This document shows positions 55,225 through 64,000 of a DNA stretch of 64,000 nt, piece by piece. The stretch spans positions 174,406,001-174,470,000 of the forward strand of contig OZ024741.1 of the NCBI GenBank assembly GCA_964016885.1, written 5' to 3'. The DNA is from Eledone cirrhosa (lineage: Eukaryota). The notes below the pieces were generated by a model. It was not told the DNA's origin and did no database searches. It worked only from the letters and a program-made list of their open reading frames with translations. A program made the position numbers and the translations under genes. Positions within the stretch are counted from its first letter, which is position 1. Each line of letters begins with the position of its first letter.

Positions 55225-57159
55225 AGCCTGTAACTCACTACTCTATATACTCACAGCCTGTAACTCACTACTTTATATACTCAGAGCCAGCAACTCACTA
55301 CTCTGTATACTCACAGCCTATGATTCACTAATCTATATACTCACAGCCAGCAACTCACTACTCTGTATACTCATAGCCAATGATTCCCTACTCTGTATAC
55401 TCTCAGCCAGCAACTCTCTACTCTATATACTCACTACTCCATATACTCACAGCCAGCAACTTACTACTCTATATACTCACAGCCAGCAACTCACTACTCT
55501 ATATACTCACATCCAGTGACTTACTATTCTATACACTCACAGCCAGTAACTCTCTACTCTATATACTCACAGCAAGCAACTCACTACTCTATATACTCAC
55601 AGCCAGCAACTCACTACTCTATATACTCACAGCCAGCAACTCACTACTCTGTATTCTCACAGCCTGTAACTCACTACTCTATATACTCACAGCCTGTAAC
55701 TCACTACTCTATATACTCAGAGCCAGCAACTCACTACTCTGTATACTCGCAGCCAATGATTCACTACTCTATATACTCGCAGCCAGCAACTCACTACTCT
55801 GTATACTCATAGCCAATGATTCCCTACTCTGTATACTCTCAGCCAGCAACTCACTACTCTATATACTCACTACTCCATATACTCACAGCCAGCAACTTAC
55901 TACTCTATATACTCACAGCCAGCAACTCACTACTCTATATACTCACAGCCAGTGACTTACTACTCTATACACTCACAGCCAGTAACTCTCTACTCTATAT
56001 ACTCGCAGCCAGCAACTCACTACTCTATATACTCACAGCCAGCAACTCACTACTCTATATACTCACAGCCAGTGACTCACTACTTCATATACTCACAGCC
56101 AGCAACTCACTACTCTATATACTCCCAGCCAGTGACTCACTATTCCATATTGTCACAGCCAGCAACTCACTACTCTATATATTCACAGCCAGTAACTCAC
56201 TACTCCATATACTCACAGCCAGCAACTCACTATTCTATATACTCACAACTAGTGACTCACTACTCTGTATACTCACAGCCAATGATTCCCTACTCCATAT
56301 ACTCACAGCCAGCAACTTACTACTCTATATACTCACAGCCAGTGACTTACTACTCTATACACTCACAGCCAGTAACTCTCTACTCTATATACTCACAGCC
56401 AGCAACTCACTACTCTATATACTCACAGCCAGCAACTCACTACTCTATATACTCACAGCCAGCAACTCACTACTCTGTATACTCACAGCCTGTAACTCAC
56501 TACTCTATATTCTCAGAGCCAGCAACTCACTACTCTGTATACTCGCAGCCAATGATTCACTACTCTATATACTCACAGCCAGCAACTCACTAATCTGTAT
56601 ACTCACAGCCAATGATTCCATACTCTGTATACTCTCAGCCAGCAACTCACTACTCTATATACTCACTACTCTATACACTCACAGCCAGTAACTCTCTACT
56701 CTATATACTCACAGCCAGCAACTCACTACTCTATATACTCACAGCCAGCAACTCACTACTCTATATACTCCCAGCCAGTGACTCACTATTCCATATACTC
56801 ACAGCCAGCAACTCACTACGCTATATATTCACTGCAAGTAACTCACTACTCCATATACTCACAGCCAGCAACTCACTACTCTATATACTCACAACCAATG
56901 ACTCACTACTCTGTATACTCACAGCCAGTGATTCAATACTCTATATACTCACAGCCAGCAACTCACTACTCTATATACTCACAGCCAGTGACTTACTACT
57001 CTATATATTCACAGCCAGTAACTCTCTACTCTATATACTCACAGCCAGTGATTTAATACTCTATTTACTCACAGCCAGTAACTCACTACTCTATATACTC
57101 ACGGCCAGTGACTCACTGTTTTATATACTCACAGCAAGCCAAGATCTTGATCCCACTTA

Positions 57160-57390
57160 TTTCAAACCATACTTCTCTGCAGCATGTAACAGAAGAATTC
57201 ACCTGCACCTTCATTACAGACGGGGTCACCTGTTTCTGTGTCCCAGATGGCATCTTATCAGACCATGGACCTCAATTCACCTCAAAGCTGTGGAATGACA
57301 TGTGTGGGCTCTTTGGCATCAACATGAAACACACGAAAGCCTTTCCCCAGCAGAGGCTGTCATAAGCATGTCCCACCGACCCTTGATGAT
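57160..57390 (+). pseudogene. Ty3/Gypsy LTR-retrotransposon integrase core (rve) remnant, present in all 10 cassette copies
   Basis: LQHVTEEFTCTFITDGVTCFCVPDGILSDHGPQFTSKLWNDMCGLFGINMKHTKAFPQ matches the Gypsy integrase pattern F..W..FG.P..I.SD.G.QF.S..W...C...GI....T.AYHPQ. It breaks down before the catalytic Glu; HRPL follows in another frame. Confidence 0.85.
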
Positions 57391-57501
57391 TAACAGTTGC
57401 CAAAGAACCAATTAACTACACAACAATCAACAGTTCTAAGGGGGAGCTATGTAGAACATTACCTTTGAGCTAATAAAAGATAAACTGTTAACTGTGTTCA
57501 T

Positions 57502-57598
57502 TTACTGCAAACTTGGTGTTTGACTCTGCAGTGGGAAATTTTCCCAGTGGGCTTTACAGTATGTTTGGACTTCAGAGGTTGTTCTTTCTTTCTTACAT
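57502..57598 (-). CDS. Candidate terminal exon in the cassette (xCKKERTTSEVQTYCKAHWENFPLQSQTPSLQ*), repeated in each copy
   Basis: Acceptor tttacag/ttgacag, and paralog of 14932-15034. No protein family recognised; frame ambiguous. Confidence 0.3.
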
Positions 57599-57732
57599 CT
57601 GTAAATGTTTGTTGTTGAATAAATAATAATCCAACAAATCACTGTTTGGTGTTAACCTTATTATGAATATAGTTTAACAAAGCTATGCTAGTACTGTAAA
57701 CCATGCAAATAAAATTAAGAACTCATTATTTT

Positions 57733-57969
57733 CTAACTGTTTTGATACCAAAACAACATAAACTGTCCTTAGTTTTATGATACAAAACTTTTCATTCTTA
57801 TATTGAAACTTTCCATCATAATTTTATGTTAGAACATTTTGTTTCTAACATCAGCTTAACTTGAAAAACTTAGTTATGTTAAATTCAGCCAAATTATTGA
57901 TTATTTTCAAAATTAATTGAAACACATAGGCAGTGTCTTTCATTAGAACTATGGTAATAAAAGTGCTAA
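57733..57969. mobile_element. Degenerate TTAA-type MITE; only its left ~135 bp is present in cassette copies 1-9
   Basis: ctaa-ctgttttgatacca ... tggtaataaaagtg-ctaa. Internal similarity to 6583-7234 (cctagttttatg, ttccatcata, ttgattattttcaaaat). Confidence 0.6.
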
Positions 57970-58249
57970 TCAAGGAGAGAAGGTTTGTGGCTGTAATCCT
58001 TTTCTGCATTTCTAAGGTCGTGAGAAAGAACTGGTGGGAATCTTGAACAAGAGATCTGGCCTGAATGCTTGCAGGAGAGCAACCTCTGCTAAAAACCCCA
58101 AAGGGGCAAGTGGTTGTATTAAACTGAGCAACAGATTAAATCTACCACCAAGTATGCTACAGCAGGATTGGACTCGGAATAAAAAAAAAAGATGGACAAA
58201 ATTACAAGGCTTCTCATTTGATACTTTAAAAATTCTGGCAATTCACTGC

Positions 58250-58380
58250 CCTGGACTAATAATTTATTGACCTTGAAAGGATGAAAGGCAAAGTTGATTA
58301 TGGCAGAATTTGAACTCAGAGCACCAGAACAAACATTGCAAAGCATTTTATTCAACAACTATGATTCTGATAATTTGTTA
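58250..58380 (-). mobile_element. tRNA-derived SINE, diverged copy
   Basis: ttattgaccttgaaaggatgaaaggcaaagttgattatggcagaatttgaactcagagc core. Confidence 0.72.
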
Positions 58381-58841
58381 GTTATTCATCCATTTTCTTT
58401 AGTTTGTTTTAGACATTGTGACCTAGGCTATACTGGCATACACCACAGTTATATTTTGACCTCTACATGCACCTTTCTCCACATCAATGAAACTTCTTAC
58501 CATCACTTCTAACAACACCAACTCTTTCAGTATTCCCAAACCTTATGTACCAAATCAACATCCATATGAAACCCACACATCGTCTCTGACACCATGAACA
58601 AACTTGGGGTCATACCAATTTTGTCTCCTTAAAAAGAAAACACACACACACATATACAATCACTGCCGATATTAAGAAAACATTGCAATTCATATTCACT
58701 GTGAAATTGCTTTCATTTGGTGAATATACTTTCTGAACACAGCAAAGACTGACCCTTCTCCTTAGAAGCAGAAGACACGTCAGCCCCCACCCTGAACAAC
58801 TATCAACTCTTTACAGAGATCAGGAGAAACCCAGATTGGGA

Positions 58842-61800
58842 TATAGCTCCCACATCTGGAGTGATGTTACTGTTACACAAACTGACACCCTAGATCTACA
58901 ATGGGGTATAGCTCCCACATCTGGAGTGATGTTACTGTTACACACACTGACACCCTAGACCTACAATGCGCTATAGCTCCCACATCTGGAGTGATGTTAC
59001 TGTTACACAAACTGACACCCTAGATCTACAATGGGGTATAGCTCCCACATCTGGAGTGATGTTACTGTTACACAAACTGACACCCTAGATCTACAATGGG
59101 GTATAGCTCCCACATCTGGAGTGATGTTACTGTTACACAAACTGAGAACCTAGATCTACAATGGGGTATAGCTCCCACATCTGGAGTGATGTTACTGTTA
59201 CACAAACTGACACCCTAGACCTACAATGGGGTATAGCTCCCACATCTGGAGTGATGTTACTGTTACACAAACTGACACCCTAGTTCTACAATGGGGTATA
59301 GCTCCCACATCTGGAGTGATGTTACTGTTACACAAACTGACACCCTAGATCTACAATGGGGTATAGCTCCCACATCTGGAGTGCTGTTACTGTTACACAA
59401 ACTGACACCCTAGATCTACAATGGGGTATAGCTCCCACATCTGGAGTGATGTTACTGTTACACAAACTGACACCCTAGACCTACAATGGGCTATAGCTCC
59501 CACATCTGGAGTGATGTTACTGTTACACAAACTGACACCCTAGATCTACAATGGGGTATAGCTCCCACATCTGGAGTGATGTTACTGTTACACAAACTGA
59601 CACCCTAGATCTACAATGGGGTATAGCTCCCACATCTGGAGTGATGTTACTGTTACACAAACTGAGAACCTATATCTACAATGGGCTATAGCTCCCACAT
59701 CTGGAGTGATGTTACTGTTACACAAACTGACACCCTAGACCTACAATGGGCTATAGCTCCCACATCTGGAGTGATGTTACTGTTACACAAACTGACACCC
59801 TAGTTCTACAATGGGGTATAGCTCCCACGTCTGGAGTGATGTTACTGTTACACAAACTGACACCCTAGATCTACAATGGGGTATAGCTCCCACATCTGGA
59901 GTGATGTTACTGTTACACAAACTGACACCCTAGTTCTACAATGGAGTATAGCTCCCACATCTGGAGTGATGTTACTGTTACACAAACTGACACCCTAGAT
60001 CTACAATGGGGTATAGCTCCCACATCTGGACTGATGTTACTATTACACAAGCTGACACCCTAGACCTACAATGGGGTATAGCTCCCACATCTGGAGTGAT
60101 GTTACTGTTACACAAACTGACACCCTAGATCTACAATGGGGTATAGCTCCCACATCTGGAGTGATGTTACTGTTACACAAACTGACACCCTAGTTCTACA
60201 ATGGGGTATAGCTCCCACATCTGGAGTGATGTTACTGTTACACAAACTGACACCCTAGATCTACAATGGGGTATAGCTCCCACTTCTGGAGTGATGTTAC
60301 TGTTACACAACCTGACACCCTAGATCTACAATGGGGTATAGCTCCCACATCTGGAGTGATGTTACTGTTACACAAACTGACACCCTAGACCTACAATGGG
60401 GTATAGCTCCCACTTCTGGAGTGATGTTACTGTTACACAAACTGACACCCTAGACCTACAATGGGGTATAGCTCCCACATCTGGAGTGATGTTACTGTTA
60501 CACAAACTGACACCCTAGACCTACAATGGGGTATAGCTCCCACATCTGGAGTGATGTTACTGTTACACAAACTGACACCCTAGACCTACAATGGGGTATA
60601 GCTCCCACATCTGGAGTGATGTTACTGTTACACAAACTGACACCCTAGACCTACAATGGGGTATAGCTCCCACTTCTGGAGTGATGTTACTGTTACACAA
60701 ACTGACACCCTAGACCTACAATGGGGTATAGCTCCCACATCTGGAGTGATGTTACTGTTACACAAACTGACACCCTAGACCTACAATGGGGTATAGCTCC
60801 CACTTCTGGAGTGATGTTACTGTTACACAAACTGACACCCTAGACCTACAATGGGGTATAGCTCCCACATCTGGAGTGATGTTACTGTTACACAAACTGA
60901 CACCCTACATCTACAATGGGCTATAGCTCCCACATCTGGAGTGATGTTACTGTTACACAAACTGACACCCCAGATCTACAATGGGCTATAGCTCCCACAT
61001 CTGGAGTGATGTTACTGTTACACAAACTGACACCCTAGACCTACAATGGGCTATAGCTCCCACATCTGGAGTCATGTTACTGTTACACAAACTGACACCC
61101 TAGTTCTACAATGGGGTATAGCTCCCACATCTGGAGTGATGTTACTGTTACACAAACTGACACCCTAGATCTACAATGGGGTATAGCTCCCACATCTGGA
61201 GTGATGTTACTGTTACACAAACTGAGAACCTAGATCTACAATGGGGTATAGCTCCCACATCTGGAGTGATGTTACTGTTACACAAACTGACACCCTAGAC
61301 CTACAATGGGGTATAGCTCCCACATCTGGAGTGATGTTACTGTTACACAAACTGACACCCTAGTTCTACAATGGGGTATAGCTCCCACATCTGGAGTGAT
61401 GTTACTGTTACACAAACTGACACCCTAGATCTACAATGGGGTATAGCTCCCACATCTGGAGTGCTGTTACTGTTACACAAACTGACACCCTAGATCTACA
61501 ATGGGGTATAGCTCCCACATCTGGAGTGATGTTACTGTTACACAAACTGACACCCTAGACCTACAATGGGCTATAGCTCCCACATCTGGAGTGATGTTAC
61601 TGTTACACAAACTGACACCCTAGATCTACAATGGGGTATAGCTCCCACATCTGGAGTGATGCTACTGTTACACAAACTGACACCCTAGATCTACAATGGG
61701 GTATAGCTCCGACATCTGGAGTGATGTTACTGTTACACAAACTGAGAACCTATATCTACAATGGGCTATAGCTCCCACATCTGGAGTGATGTTACTGTTA

Positions 61801-64000
61801 CACAAACTGACACCCTAGACCTACAATGGGCTATAGCTCCCACATCTGGAGTGATGTTACTGTTACACAAACTGACACCCTAGTTCTACAATGGGGTATA
61901 GCTCCCACGTCTGGAGTGATGTTACTGTTACACAAACTGACACCCTAGATCTACAATGGGGTATAGCTCCCACATCTGGAGTGATGTTACTGTTACACAA
62001 ACTGACACCCTAGTTCTACAATGGAGTATAGCTCCCACATCTGGAGTGATGTTACTGTTACACAAACTGACACCCTAGATCTACAATGGGGTATAGCTCC
62101 CACATCTGGAGTGATGTTACTGTTACACACACTGACACCCTAGACCTACAATGCGCTATAGCTCCCACATCTGGAGTGATGTTACTGTTACACAAACTGA
62201 CACCCTAGATCTACAATGGGGTATAGCTCCCACATCTGGAGTGATGTTACTGTTACACAAACTGACACCCTAGATCTACAATGGGGTATAGCTCCCACAT
62301 CTGGAGTGATGTTACTGTTACACAAACTGAGAACCTAGATCTACAATGGGGTATAGCTCCCACATCTGGAGTGATGTTACTGTTACACAAACTGACACCC
62401 TAGACCTACAATGGGGTATAGCTCCCACATCTGGAGTGATGTTACTGTTACACAAACTGACACCCTAGTTCTACAATGGGGTATAGCTCCCACATCTGGA
62501 GTGATGTTACTGTTACACAAACTGACACCCTAGATCTACAATGGGGTATAGCTCCCACATCTGGAGTGCTGTTACTGTTACACAAACTGACACCCTAGAT
62601 CTACAATGGGGTATAGCTCCCACATCTGGAGTGATGTTACTGTTACACAAACTGACACCCTAGACCTACAATGGGCTATAGCTCCCACATCTGGAGTGAT
62701 GTTACTGTTACACAAACTGACACCCTAGATCTACAATGGGGTATAGCTCCCACATCTGGAGTGATGTTACTGTTACACAAACTGACACCCTAGATCTACA
62801 ATGGGGTATAGCTCCCACATCTGGAGTGATGTTACTGTTACACAAACTGAGAACCTATATCTACAATGGGCTATAGCTCCCACATCTGGAGTGATGTTAC
62901 TGTTACACAAACTGACACCCTAGACCTACAATGGGCTATAGCTCCCACATCTGGAGTGATGTTACTGTTACACAAACTGACACCCTAGTTCTACAATGGG
63001 GTATAGCTCCCACGTCTGGAGTGATGTTACTGTTACACAAACTGACACCCTAGATCTACAATGGGGTATAGCTCCCACATCTGGAGTGATGTTACTGTTA
63101 CACAAACTGACACCCTAGTTCTACAATGGAGTATAGCTCCCACATCTGGAGTGATGTTACTGTTACACAAACTGACACCCTAGATCTACAATGGGGTATA
63201 GCTCCCACATCTGGACTGATGTTACTATTACACAAGCTGACACCCTAGACCTACAATGGGGTATAGCTCCCACATCTGGAGTGATGTTACTGTTACACAA
63301 ACTGACACCCTAGATCTACAATGGGGTATAGCTCCCACATCTGGAGTGATGTTACTGTTACACAAACTGACACCCTAGTTCTACAATGGGGTATAGCTCC
63401 CACATCTGGAGTGATGTTACTGTTACACAAACTGACACCCTAGATCTACAATGGGGTATAGCTCCCACTTCTGGAGTGATGTTACTGTTACACAACCTGA
63501 CACCCTAGATCTACAATGGGGTATAGCTCCCACATCTGGAGTGATGTTACTGTTACACAAACTGACACCCTAGACCTACAATGGGGTATAGCTCCCACTT
63601 CTGGAGTGATGTTACTGTTACACAAACTGACACCCTAGACCTACAATGGGGTATAGCTCCCACATCTGGAGTGATGTTACTGTTACACAAACTGACACCC
63701 TAGACCTACAATGGGGTATAGCTCCCACATCTGGAGTGATGTTACTGTTACACAAACTGACACCCTAGACCTACAATGGGGTATAGCTCCCACATCTGGA
63801 GTGATGTTACTGTTACACAAACTGACACCCTAGACCTACAATGGGGTATAGCTCCCACTTCTGGAGTGATGTTACTGTTACACAAACTGACACCCTAGAC
63901 CTACAATGGGGTATAGCTCCCACATCTGGAGTGATGTTACTGTTACACAAACTGACACCCTAGACCTACAATGGGGTATAGCTCCCACTTCTGGAGTGAT
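58842..64000. repeat. 65-bp satellite, consensus TATAGCTCCCACATCTGGAGTGATGTTACTGTTACACAAACTGACACCCTAGATCTACAATGGGG, ~79 copies, runs off the window
   Basis: Exact 65-bp period, no indels seen, few substitutions per monomer. Confidence 0.98.

Larger units (their letters stand above)
15997..57140. repeat. 30-bp satellite array, consensus ACTCACAGCCAG(C/T)(A/G)ACTCACTACTCTATAT, roughly 1100-1200 monomers
   Basis: Exact 30-bp periodicity (two units per 60-nt line) with frequent point variants and small indels. Pure from 16.0 to 34.4 kb, then interspersed with cassette copies. Confidence 0.98.
57141..57869. repeat. Cassette copy 10 (source copy, continuous with unique right flank)
   Basis: 2645 bp after copy 9. 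After aacttgaaaaac it continues into unique DNA (ttagttatg...) instead of satellite. Confidence 0.95.

Noticed and set aside
15987-57365. Long YSIYSQPATH / LLYILTASNS repeat ORFs as a structural repeat-protein gene
   Set aside because: They are overlapping frames of a G-poor 30-bp satellite, broken by many stops and non-triplet indels, with no unique N-terminus or splice structure.
34425-57869. Cassette as 10 independent LTR-element insertions or solo LTRs
   Set aside because: No TG...CA ends or TSDs. All copies have identical junctions and co-duplicated flanking satellite variants, and the last copy is continuous with unique DNA.
58750-58800. Possible short minus-strand exon (ttcag|...GAGAAGG|gtcagt) upstream of the cassette exon
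   Set aside because: Weak splice signals, very short, and no supporting coding signal.
15997-64000. CRISPR-like array (30-bp or 65-bp repeats)
   Set aside because: Repeats are directly contiguous with no unique spacers, there are no cas genes, and the context is eukaryotic.
58842-64000. C/D-box snoRNA-like motifs (GTGATGT...CTGA) in the 65-mer
   Set aside because: The C box is imperfect, the boxes are only ~14 nt apart, and there is no terminal stem or recognisable guide.

Overview
Eukaryotic, AT-rich and repeat-dominated DNA. The SINE, MITE and microsatellite families look like octopus/cephalopod genomic DNA (inferred from repeat style, not verified). No intact protein-coding gene is visible. 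1-16 kb is a patchwork of microsatellites, tRNA-derived SINEs, decayed R4/Dong-type (RLE) and RTE LINE remnants, MITEs, a 139-bp near-perfect palindrome and a few candidate isolated exons. About 16.0-57.1 kb is a 30-bp satellite (ACTCACAGCCAGCAACTCACTACTCTATAT) that generates almost all the YSIYSQPATH/LLYILTASNS ORFs. From 34.4 kb the satellite is punctuated by 10 copies of a ~730-bp non-satellite cassette: a Ty3/Gypsy integrase remnant, a possible minus-strand terminal exon and a truncated TTAA MITE. The last copy runs on into unique DNA, so the array appears to have co-amplified its own right flank in higher-order repeats of 1561, 2645 and ~3.1 kb. A diverged paralog of part of the cassette lies just left of the array (14.9-15.75 kb). 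58.84 kb to the end is an unrelated, very homogeneous 65-bp satellite with 32- and 49-monomer higher-order structure.
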